A stretch of DNA of 63,018 bases, counting the filler, from Stramenopiles sp. TOSAG23-3 (taxonomy: Eukaryota): NCBI GenBank assembly GCA_900128585.1. It is 13 parts of 13 records of this genome, joined end to end, with 100 filler letters (N's around TTAATTAATTAA, not from the genome) between each part and the next. Parts side by side here need not be neighbours in the genome. Positions count along the whole stretch, not along the records: positions 9,741 to 14,508 come from LT643711.1; positions 14,609 to 19,368 come from LT643712.1; positions 19,469 to 24,226 come from LT643713.1; 10 more parts are not named here. The stretch is one strand, 5' to 3'. The notes below the pieces were generated by a model, which saw only the letters and a program-made list of their open reading frames with translations, made no database searches and was not told where the DNA came from. Position numbers and translations under genes: made by a program. Positions 9,741 through 21,206 of this stretch are shown here, in pieces; position 1 is the stretch's first letter, and each line of letters starts with the position of its first letter.

Positions 9741-12700
9741 AGTTGCTTTGGAACGATAACCTTGTACACTAAATCGGACGTTCGGCGCCTTCCCAACTTC
9801 AGCAGTGCCCCGGAAAACAAATCGGCAGGTTTGTTTTTCACCCGTTTCCCATTAATGTACGTTCCGTTGGTGGACTTCATGTCACGAATTTGAATTTTCG
9901 GCTCGTTGTCATCCTTTGACAATACGATTTCGATTTTCGCGTGGACTTTGCTGAGCATCTTTGGGCTTTTGATGCTATCCAGCTGGAAGCTGTTGTGCGG
10001 GGACCTCCCAATGGTAAATTCTGTGCTGTACACATCGATGAACGCTGGAAGCCCCCCAGGCCTTCCTTTGCCAGCCAAGGATTTCTGTGCGGAACTTTCC
10101 CGAATGGTCTTCAGCCCCGTGTTTTCTCGCGGCGTGACACGGTCTTCTTCGGCGGTGCCTAGCCCAACCAGCTCCAAGCGCAAGAACGGCTCCATGTCGA
10201 GTTTTCGGGGAAGTGTTGTCTTTCCCAAGCGGATCCTATCCGACTGTGTTTCGGGGGTTTGGATCCTTTCCCCAGCGCCGTGCTGTTTCACCCCAGGAGT
10301 TGCGTCGGACACCTTTGGTTTTACTGGCGGAGGCTGTTGGAACACGGGCTCTGCGCGTTGCAGCTTTCCAGCCATGGTCTTGTTGAGCGTGCGAGTATCG
10401 ACGTGTGAGGTGTCCGCCAGTTTGATCGCCCGCTTCCGTTCCTTCGCTTTGTTCCTTTCCTGCTTTCGTTTTTCTTTTTCCAAGATCTCCTCGGCTTTCT
10501 CCTGTTTTGTTTCTAGCTTTGAAAAATCATTTCTCCATATTTTGTCTATCACCGCCTTTCTTGGGGGCTGTTGGGGCATGGGCGTGGTGCGTTGCGGCGT
10601 AGGATCGGCGCGTTGAGGCGTGGGCGCGCCGAGGCTCGGCCCAAGCGGTGAGAAGGACTCCTCTTCCATGATCTCGTAGGCCGTGCGAGTATCGACATGT
10701 GAGGTGTCCGTCAGTTTGATCGCCCGCTCCCGTTCCTTCGCTTTTTTCCTTTCCTGCTTTTGTTTTTCTTTTCCCGCGAGCTCCTCCGCTTGCTTTTGCT
10801 TCGTTTCAAGCTTTGAAAACTCATTTTTCCATCGTTGGGCCATCGCTGCCTTTCGCCGATTTTTACGATGCTTTGCGGCATGCGTTTTAGGGCTTCGCTT
10901 CACCGTCAGCGACGGCCCTTTTCGCCTGTTGTTTTTCAAGGCTGGAGCCGTGCGCGCAACAGACTGCTTTGCCAAGGGGCTGCCGCCCGAGGACCCCAAC
11001 TTTGTCAACGCCGTCTTGATCTCGATGATGTACGCGCGCCCAGGCATGGGCGCGGACGCGCCATAGTAGCGCTTTGGTCGTTTTGTGGATTTGATCGGGG
11101 ACTGGGAAGCGGGCTTTGGCAGAAGTCTACGCCTTGACGCCTGGGGGGGTGGGGGGGGTGGAGACTGAAGCATGGCATGGCTGCTCTCCGAAGCCTTCGT
11201 TGGGGTTCGCTGCCTTCCAGATTTCTTATTGCCCAGCAACTTTCGTTTCGTAGTAGAAGAGCGCAACTTTGATTTCTCGTAGGTTTTACTTTCCCCGGTC
11301 ATCTTTCGTATCAGCTTTGGATCCAAACCCGCCACACGAATTCGCTCGAGAGACGGAGACGGACTCAGTGTCTGCTTCAAGGGCACCTTCCCGTTTCCCC
11401 TGCGCCACTTTGGCTTGGTTTTGGGCTTTGGGGAAAGTCTTAAACGAAGGGAGTCAACGACCAAGCAACGATTCATGGCGTGAAAGCGCTCATTGTCGAG
11501 TCGCTTCAGTACTCGGGCAATATGGCGAGCTACGAATCCCCGCCAGGCACGCTGGATCTGAATCGCCCCCGACTCGCGGCGCATCAAAAACAGCCACTGG
11601 ACGAAATACTTTTCTATTACGGACGCAGCAAAACGCTCGACCCTTGCTTTTTCAAAATAAGAAAAATCTTGCAGTTCTTTGGTGGTCTTCTCCAGCCGTT
11701 CGATTGCCTCTGTATGCAAGCGGTTGAATTCCGCTTCCCGCTCCTGCCTCAACACCTCCCGTAGGTAGCCGTCGCGCCCCTCTCGGCCTCGCCACATCAT
11801 CTGCACGATGATGGCAGACTCGTACAGCCTGTTGTAGTCAACGTAGGCAACCCATCCCCTGTAAACTTTCTGAATTTTTGTGGCGCAGTAATTCAGAAAT
11901 TCCAAGTGCTCCCGTTCCAAGCGCTTCCGGGCACGCTTCCGGCTTATCATTCGCAGCATCAGACGCTGCAAGAGCATGGCCGCGTCCCTTTCTTGCCGTA
12001 GTGTTGCAGCCCGCCGCTTGGCTATCCGCACACGGTATCGCCGCTGGACTCTCAGCGCCATTTTGCACAGCAGCATCATTTTCTTTGCCTCCAAGGCTTG
12101 CTTGTGCTTCTCCCGCCGCCGTCGAAGGACCAGCTCTTCGATGCACCTCTGGAACCGTCTGCGGCTCATAATTTTTTTAATCCACGTCTGTATTGTAGTT
12201 GCCGCAGTATGCCTTACGTAGGGACTGTTCTTGAGGGCGCGTTCCGCCGCCCGAGCCGCCTTCTTGACCGCCCTTTCCGCCTGCTTTGCCAGGTCCGTGC
12301 TTGGTTCGCACACTGTATAATTTTCCAAGGCCGCTTTGTACCCCGGGTACTCTATCACTTCGTCCAAGTAGTCTATGATGGTTTGCTTTTTGTGTTGTCG
12401 GGCACTGTCCCACGCCGTTTTCCCCATGCGGTTTTTCTTCCACGGGTTTGCCAATGGCCGGTCGAACGGATCAAACATGACCACCTTGCAGCAGCGAAGG
12501 CTCCCCCTCTCTGCGCAGGCGATCAAAGGGGTCAGCCCGCTCAAGGTTTGGTAGTTTACATTCGCCCCCTCCTCTATCAATTGTGTCGCCCACTTGGCCT
12601 TTCCAGAAAGGCAAGCGCGCACCAGCGCATTCGTGCCCGTCAGGGGGTCCTCGTGGTCGGGGTGAATCCCGTCTTCAATGATCATCTGCAACATCTTTTT

Positions 12701-13783
12701 GTAATTGCGACTTTTCAGCGCAAGGACATACTCTCTTCGCTTTTGCTGGTACTCGTCTGTGACAACGCGCCCAATGTAATCTGTTTTGTCGCCAACCTCC
12801 CGCAGCCGCTGACGATTTACGTGCTCCCCTATTTCCCCGTCTTCAAACTCAACGTCGTACGTGTTGTCACCCTTGTGGTGCTTCAGCACAACGCCCTGAT
12901 AATATTCTGCCCACCCCTCCAGCTTGCCCTCTACCTCGTCCCGTTTCCGGAAGGTGACCCGGACGCTGTCCGCGGGAACGATGGTGTGCTCGTACCCTCC
13001 TTTCCACCGAACATCGTAGGACAGGGCACCCCCCGGCAGCGGCACAATGCTCAGCACGGTCCCCAGGTTCCATCTGAAGTCCGGGTCGATCTTTTCCATG
13101 TTTTTGTTTATGGCTTGCTCTCGTTCCCTTCGTTCTTCCTCGTCTTCGCTGCTGCTGTACGACGTGCTGCCGCTCGCGCCGGACGAGGACCCGGACGACC
13201 CCGATGAGCTGCCACTGGAATCGCTGTCTGAGCTGTCGGACGACGATCCCTCCTCATCGCCTGCACTCCCACTCCCACTGTCGTCGCCATCCGATCCGTC
13301 CCCAGCCCGCCGTCGCTTTCTTCCGTGCAGCAACGTTTTTCTATGCTTTCGTAACAGAGCTTGCCTTGCCGAGAGCTTTTTCTTCTTCTTCTTGACCACT
13401 TGCTTGATGGGCCGTTTTGCCTCCACGCGGTCCCCTCGATGAAACTTGCTCCCGGAGGCGATCAACGTCTCGTCCCTTACGGACCTTATCTTTTCCCGAG
13501 GCACTTGGTACGCGATTTGTTCGGTGTGCTGAAACTTGAGAACGAACCCTTGCCCATAATTATATTTGACGATTTGACACGGGTAATAGGTAGACCCGTT
13601 CATTTTTGCCTCCACGGTGTCTCCCCTTTCAAACTCTCTATCTGTCAAGCTCCCCTCGGACGTCGACCCATCACCGCTGCCGCTCGAGGAGCTTTCCGCT
13701 TCGCTGGTCAACGACTCCTCCGACGATTCCGAACTCTCATCTTTCTTTGTCAGTCCGATCGTCTGTAACAGCGTTTTAAACAT
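9741..13783 (-). CDS. Large multidomain protein: Tudor/Agenet-like repeats, ankyrin repeats, IQ motifs and a C-terminal FHA domain (runs into contig end)
   Basis: FERGDTVEAK..YYPCQI and YDVEFEDGE (Tudor-like); GLTPLIACAERG (ANK); IQKVYRGW and IQRAWRGF (IQ); FTIGRS..LSKVHAKI..DMKSTNGTYING (FHA). First ATG at 13783. Confidence 0.85.
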
Positions 13784-14801
13784 TGCCCCCCCCCCCCCTC
13801 CCTCCCCCTCTCTGTACGTGTCTATCCGCAAGGCCGTTCAACTAAGTGCTATCTACTCCCGCACTACTCAAAAACAAAACGAATGCCTTGCACCGATCAT
13901 TCACATGCAAATGCAGATTTAAATACCACACCAACAAGCATTCAAAATGTCGGAAGGATAGAAAACAAAAAGAAAATCAATCTTCTAAAACATAAATCTG
14001 TCAAACCAAACCGAACAAAAGAAACCAAATATTAACTCAAAATGTAAAACATGATTTGATTCCATATAACTATATAAATATATATAGTAAAATGCTTTCA
14101 CCACCACCATATTTTTTATTATTATTTATTAAAAAAAAAAAAAGAAATTGTTATTTTAATAAAAAAAGAGAACTAACAAAAAAGATACATACAACAACAT
14201 AGCAATAGCACTTTAATTTATTTAATATACCTGGTAATAACGGAAACATACATACTAATAAAAAAATGTTTTAGAGAAGAAGCTGAAGAAGATGATAAAA
14301 TATATAGTAGGAGGGACTATTAATATAAGTTAAGTATAATTAAATTTAACTTCTTCGTACCCTAAACCTAACTTGGTTCTGTAATTATAAGATAATTTGA
14401 GTCCGAAACCTACGGGGACTCAGGGATGTTTTTCTGCTTTCGTGTTCGAGGTGCATCGAATAGACCAGGGTCTCCCCGGCGCCACAATGTTCCTCCGTGG
14501 TTTGACCCNNNNNNNNNNNNNNNNNNNNNNNNNNNNNNNNNNNNNNNNNNNNTTAATTAATTAANNNNNNNNNNNNNNNNNNNNNNNNNNNNNNNNNNNN
14601 NNNNNNNNTTACTCATTTCACTCGGTAGCTTTTTCATGAGGATAACGAAAAACCAACATTAAACAAATAAAGCGGTTGGTACGAAGTATTTTAAAACGAG
14701 GATACAAATAAAAACAAACAAATAATCACATAGAAAAGTATACGTGCACATGGTATGTTAAAAGAACATTTAGAAGGCTCAAGGAAACTGTCTGTCTGAA
14801 T

Positions 14802-17164
14802 ATGGACCCCAGTGCAACGGCGGGGGAAACGGCGTCGCACTCGTACTTGGCGATCGGGTACTGCATACGAAAGGTGCTGAGCAACGTTCCAAAAAGGATA
14901 GAGCAAATAGACGCACGAGTCAGGGAGACCATCCTTCGGGCACTGAACGATGAGCACGAACGCCAAAGCTCAACTGGGAAAGGGACCGTGCCAGGGGGAA
15001 TGCCCCCCCCCCTCGCCGACCGCGCCGATCCGTTCGCGCCTGCTGTTTCCATTGGTTCTGAAGCTGGTAGACCCGGGAAAGCAAAAGTCTAGAGCGCACA
15101 AACGAATCCACCGCGTGTTGGAGTGGTTGTGCGACAGCAATCCCGCCTACATGTACTCCAGCTTTGCGGAGATTCTCTCCGGTAGGGTCAAGGGAGGGGA
15201 CGGCAAGCCCGTGACTTCGTGGGTTCAGTTGGCGCTGGTGCGGTATTTGGCGGAACACGTAGGGAAGAAGACCGCCTCGCTAAAGGCCGCCCAGAGGAAC
15301 GCCCGCACTGCAGGCTTGGCCGATGGGCCTGAATTGTACGACGGCACCGACACGCCCCTCGCATTGGAAGAAGAATTACGGGCCATTGTTCAGCGAAGGA
15401 CAAAGCATGCGGGCGCGCCCTCGATCGTAGCGGTGGTGGGGAGTCTGCTCTACTGCGCGCAGCGCCGTCCAGCCGAAGAGGCCCCGGGGTCGGACGCTTC
15501 CCCCCATGGGCGGCGGACCAAGCTGGCAGTCAGGGCCCTCGACTGTGCGATTTCATGGACTCGGTTTTGGTGGACCCCCGAACCAGGAGTCCTCTTTCGC
15601 TGGTCTGCGGACGCTTGCCCGTCTTCCCACCGGGCGACCCCTTCGGACGGCGGAACCCCAGACCTTGAGCGGCAGGAGACCCTGTTCAAGATTGTACAGT
15701 GCAAGGCGGCGTGGCACGAGGGCAGCGCCCACCGAACGCTCCAGGGATTGGGGCTGAAGGAATTGCAACGATGGCTCTCTGAGAGCGAGGGGGGGGGGAA
15801 AGCAGCGCTCGGTCCTGTCGTGGCACTGGAACATGTACTCGCCGTACTTGTTCGAGCGGCCGGTGCGCAGGAAAGCGGGGACACACGGGGAGGGGGGCGG
15901 CTCACCCAAGGATGCCCTTGCAGCGATAATTGCCGAGGTCGAAGGCTGGATCGGTTACTGTAAATACGACGCCGAAATGTCGCTCCGATCCATTGCACTT
16001 TTGGTAGGCTCGACCTGCCTCGCCGAAGAGACGCTGTTCAAGGTGCTCGAAAGCGTAGGCATGGGAAACATTATGAAGCCCTTTGTGGCGGTTGCCGACA
16101 AACAGTTCACCCAAGTTGTTGGGGTGGGGGAGAGAACGGCGTTTTTTCAGGACTGCAAGGGCTGGGGGGACAGCGATCGAAATCGCTCCTTTGCCTACCA
16201 GCTTCTTCGCTTCTTTGCTCGGACGCTTTCGGGGTCCAACCATGCCGGTTTGAGTTGGCTTACAAATGCAGCAGACGAATCGTTTTCCGAGCGCAAGTTT
16301 TGCACGGCCATCGAGCTGTACAACATCGCCGTCGAGCATCACCATGGGACGGAGCAGTCCATCGGCGTGCTGTCCAACCGTTCCGCCTGCCATTTGCAGA
16401 ACAGGTCGTACGATTCTTGTCTCAAAGATGCCGACGAGGCGCTGCGCCTGATAGAAGAGGACGACAAGGAAGCCCGGCCCGGGAACGAGGAGATAACCTC
16501 GTCCAACCGCCTGTACAGGCTGAAGAATCATGTCCGCAAAGCAAGTGCGCACTGCGAACTGGGGAGCACGGAGGAAGCCCTGCAGTGCTACAACAGCGCG
16601 GTCAATATTGTGAACAGTTTGGAAGAGGATTTGTTGAAGCCGTTGACGCCGATAGTGATGGACATGGAGAAAGTAAAACACCTCTGTCGGTTCTTGCATC
16701 TGAAGGAAGAAGCAGACAAATTGTTCCACCTGAACCATGCTGCGGAAGCACACCAGGTGTACAGCGCAATCTTGAAGACAGTGCCGACGTTCGTGAGTGT
16801 GCTCTCGAATCGGTCCAGCACGTTGCTTGCCCTGGGACGGTGGAAGGAAGCGATCGACGACTGCACGTTGGCCCTGAAGCTGCTGTCTGTCGACCAAAAG
16901 CAGCTCGCAGAGACCATGCTCAGCAGCCGGGAACACCCCGCCGTCTTTCCCGTAGGCCCTCGCCCGATCCAAGGGACCGTTCGCCACAATTCTTGGGTTG
17001 CAAAGACGTTGGCCCGGCGGGCGTCAGCGTATTTTCAGCTGCACGAGTACGGCTCCTCCCTATTGGATTTTGAGCGCGCCAAAGCGCTGGAGCCCAACAA
17101 TACTTCCCTTGACAAAGACCTTGAGAAAGTGAGGGCACAGGCTGCTCTTCCTCGATCATCGTGA
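14802..17164 (+). CDS. TPR-repeat protein (DNAAF4/DYX1C1-like C-terminal TPRs), split by two apparent +1 frameshifts at homopolymers
   Basis: Three overlapping ORFs (14802-, 14950-, 15833-) switch frame at C10 (15003-15012) and GGGGAGGGGGG (15887-15897). TPRs: LSNRSACHL, LSNRSSTLLALG..EAIDDC, LARRASAY..DFERAKALEP. Confidence 0.7.
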
Positions 17165-17450
17165 GAAGGAACATGTGGAAACTTTGGACAAAACATTTTT
17201 TACGCACATGAGAAAGTATCATGTATTCAAGTTCTGATTACGTGAAAGAAGTGGCGCACTGTTAAAAAATAATTTTCATAAAAACAAATTAATGGCCGTT
17301 ATTTAAAGTAATTAAAATTCTTATTGCAAGAGGATAAAATTTTTATTGAGCGACGATAAACTTAAAAAACAAAATTATATGCGCGCCTGTAAAAATTAAT
17401 CATGTTTAGTCCTTGTAAGAATCTTACAATTCTTACGACAGCCCCCCATT

Positions 17451-19368
17451 CTACGCAAAAAAGAGAGGGCAACTTTCGTGCACAACCCACGCTTCAATTA
17501 GCTGCCTTTCCTCTTTACGAATGTTCCCCAGACACACGCCAGCGCGGCGCCAAAGAAATGCTTTGCCTTCTGCGTTCGTATGGATCAGGGCATTCCCTGT
17601 GATGCCAGTGCTCACAAAGTTGTTCCGTATTTGTCCGCCGGCCTCCTTTCGCCTGATGTTTGTGGTCATGGACAGCAATTCCTTAAGGTTCGGGTCAATC
17701 TTACACACTTCTACGGCGCCTTCGTGCAGGGTTTTGTTTCCTTGGTGACCAATCTCTTCTCCCACGATCGCCTTTCTCCACAAACTATCGCGCTTGCGAT
17801 CTGCTTCTGCCACTTTGAACACCCGCGCCAACCATTCCAAGCACCTGTCAACGACAACGTTGTACATGTCGCTCGTTCCTTCCCACTGATCCACCAGGTT
17901 GCGCACCAGAACGTACAAGTAAACGCCATCCGACTTGCCGCTCTTGTCCACTGACCGCACAATACCACTGATGTTTTCTTCTTCCTCCGAGCTTAGCACA
18001 AAGTCGATGGCGTTGGTACCATCGTTGCGGTGACCGCGACTTCCGTACTTGTCGGCATGCAACGAGACAAAATCTAACAGGGCGCCGCCAATTTCTATGT
18101 AGTGCCGTTCGACCCTGTTTCTTGCGCCCGACGGGGGCCCGGTCGGGTACCGAAGCAGCAAGCTGTCCAGCCCCTCGCATATTTCTTTAGCGCCTCTTAT
18201 GGACAGGCCGCTTTGTATACCGTGCACGCGTTTGAGCGTGGTATCGTAGGCGTAGGCTTCCAACGCAAGCAAGCTTATTACGCGCGAGCATGCCGGCCCG
18301 GGCGCCGCACTCCCCGGCAACACCAGGACATCGACCCCCAGAACGTTCTCGCGCCCGCGAACGACAAACAAAATCAGGTCTGGAAGATTTCCGTACAAAA
18401 CTTGACCTTTGCCCTTGTTCCGCAAACGCCTGAGGCCCAGCTTTGTCACGAGAACCTTGGCGTACAACTTCGCAGCCGCGGTCGCATCGGTTGTAAGCGT
18501 CAGCGGAGTCCGCATCACCTTCACCACCCGCGATGCGTTCAGCACTTGGCCCAAGTCTGGCAAATTTCCTACCCGCCTTCGCTCGCTGATGCAAGTCTGC
18601 CTCACCGCAAGGGTCGCCCTCTCCAAGCGCTGTTTCTCCACTTTTCGTTTGGCTTCTCGTACTAAAATGGATTCGTGCAGAAGCGTAATCGGTTCAAGCT
18701 TGTACTCTTCGTCTTGCAACTGCTTGGACAGCATGACCGTTGGGGATGTGATGGGGCTCTCCATCAGCCCCATCTTTGCCATAAGGCAGCGGTCTACGAC
18801 CCGTTTGTTCGCTTTGACGTTCATCATCAGGTTATCGATTACCTGCTTCATGTTCTTGTTGCTCGTGGTTCGCCGATCGACTTGCCAGCGGTACATCCAC
18901 ACGCACACCCCGCGGCTGCTAACCGTCGCCAGGGCCTCCAGCATTTTCCCCTCCCGCTGCCTTACTATGGTTGTCGTTTTTGTCGTAGTACCACTGGTCT
19001 CTGAGCTAACGACCTCGCCTTCTAAGGCAGAAACCAACCCCTCCACGACGGTCTTGGTCGCCCACGAAGGGACGATCCTTTTCGCCTCCACTTGGTACAA
19101 CTCTGGAGTGCCCGCAAGAAGTGCCTTGTCTAGAATTGCAAGCCCTGGCCCCGACGGACCATTCCTCCGCAACAAGAAGTCGTCCTCGAGGGCATAGGTG
19201 TAAACGGACTGGTCGACAAATTGCTCCAACAGATTTACAAATTTTTCCATGTTGAGCGACCCGGCCGACCATATTTGCAAACGAAGCAGGAATCTGTGGC
19301 CCTCGTGCCAGGGCGGAAGTGCCCAGTCACCTATGTTGGAGGCCAAAGGCTCCCCAACCTCCTCGCCG
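17451..19368 (-). CDS. C-terminal fragment of a large protein, possibly SZT2-like (KICSTOR); 5'-truncated by contig end
   Basis: ORF open from the contig edge. LQIWSAGSL..DQSVYTYALE, VWMYRW and KRDSLWRK recall SZT2 segments (from memory, unverified). Confidence 0.45.
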
Positions 19369-19729
19369 NNNNNNNNNNNNNNNNNNNNNNNNNNNNNNNN
19401 NNNNNNNNNNNNTTAATTAATTAANNNNNNNNNNNNNNNNNNNNNNNNNNNNNNNNNNNNNNNNNNNNACTTAGTCTTGACTATCATTCTCATGTGTACT
19501 CCATGCATGATCCGAGTTGGTAGGTGGACTTGCGTCGATGTCAAAGAAATTGCCCAAGAACTTTTAAAATGTGTTTTTTAAGAATTTAAGCTTTAACAAT
19601 TTGTATTTTGTATATAACTACTCTTATCCCGTACTGAAAGTTACAAATGAAAATATAATGCCCCTCGTTACCAACCGGAAAGTTTGGTTTACGTTGTATG
19701 TTCAATTACCTGTTTTCCAGTGGCTCACA

Positions 19730-20629
19730 TCAGTCTTTCCCTTCCGTTTTTGTACGGGACAAAGAAGCGATCTTTGTGCAGTGAATCCTTTCCCCCTTCT
19801 GGTTGCAGTAGTACCAGAAGAACGATTCCTTTTCTACCATGCTTAGCTGTCTAATCAAATCAATACCGTTGCACCAATCGTCCCGTACCGTCGTGCTGGC
19901 GACGGACAGGTCGAGCGATGTCTCGTTGTCCGCCAGCACAGAAAAGGTCAACAGTTGGTTCACATGGGTGTGATCCCCAGTGACAGTGTCTCTCGTGGTA
20001 AACACCTCACCAGGTGTTGCCCGCATAACACTTATAATACTCGCTATGCTAACGGATTTTGTGCTCTTCTTATGTTCCAACCTTGCAGAGATATCTGGCC
20101 CAAGGTTTAATTTCTCTAACAAAAAGTCCACCCACAAATACCCAGCCTTCCGCTCTTGGTTCCTGTTATACCGGGTCACTGCAACGCCCTTTAGGAGCTT
20201 CATTATTAACCTAAACTTATCTAATTGGTCTTCCGGAAGGGTAACGTGTAGCAACGAGCGTCTCTTGAACACACTATTCCGTGCATTGACACCCTGCCTT
20301 CTAATTAGCCACATCAATGCATCGGACCACATATGTGCAATTTGAGAGCTTTCCGCCAAGAGTTCTATTTTTCTATGCTCAAATACTAAAATTAGAGTCA
20401 ACCTATCTGGGAGTACTTGGACGGTCTTGAGGCCGCACACGAGCGTCTGTCCCTTGACGTCACCAAATTTTCTATCTTTCGCGCTCCCCCAGTAGATTTT
20501 CGACATGCAATCAGACACCCACATTCTGCGCAGTTTCTTCCTGGCCCCAAAAATGTGTATCTTAGTAAACACCCTGCCTGTCTTCAACAAGGTCTCGTAC
20601 TTTTCTCGCTTCGCAGCATGGCTGGACAT
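19730..20629 (-). CDS. Tandem PH-domain protein (PLC-type PH)
   Basis: Two copies of LLKG..FTK/VTRY..R..WV..(KIYW) ending in ELLAES..AHMWSDAL and LDLSVAS..RDDWCNGI. Confidence 0.7.
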   Translation of the reverse strand: MSSHAAKREKYETLLKTGRVFTKIHIFGARKKLRRMWVSDCMSKIYWGSAKDRKFGDVKGQTLVCGLKTVQVLPDRLTLILVFEHRKIELLAESSQIAHMWSDALMWLIRRQGVNARNSVFKRRSLLHVTLPEDQLDKFRLIMKLLKGVAVTRYNRNQERKAGYLWVDFLLEKLNLGPDISARLEHKKSTKSVSIASIISVMRATPGEVFTTRDTVTGDHTHVNQLLTFSVLADNETSLDLSVASTTVRDDWCNGIDLIRQLSMVEKESFFWYYCNQKGERIHCTKIASLSRTKTEGKD

Positions 20630-21206
20630 TGTTCACAAATCCCACAAGGAGGTACTCTTTTTCTACCGGTAATCCCTGGACTCTACTGCTCTATTTTTCT
20701 ATGTTGGGAGGGGGGTGACCTTATGTGAATATCTTTGTTTCTCCTGCATTTAATTTCATTTTTTTGCATATGTAAAACTGTGTGTGTTAGTGCCAATGTG
20801 CCAATCTCGAAGAAATCATGCATCATGTCTTATTAATTAGACCACCCTTTGGTTATATAGAAGTAGTATGGAGAAGAAGAACGCGAAGAAAAAGAAAAAA
20901 GATTATTATTCTTCTAGCAGCAATCGTCACGTCCATGATGATGATGGTGTGTTCTTGTTATTTAGATGATAATTTCTTCATTCATTGATGATGATGATGA
21001 CAATGGTATTTCGCTATAACAGGGGTGGATTAGTGGGAGTGCAAGTTAATAATATACAATACATTATTGTTATACTTATAATATTTATTCATCCTATCAT
21101 ACGACAAAGATTTTATTCGCTGAACTTCAAATATTTGTTGGCTCCTTTTTTTTATTCTTCTTTAAAAAAATATATACATATTAATAATAATTACAAGTCA
21201 CTCACA

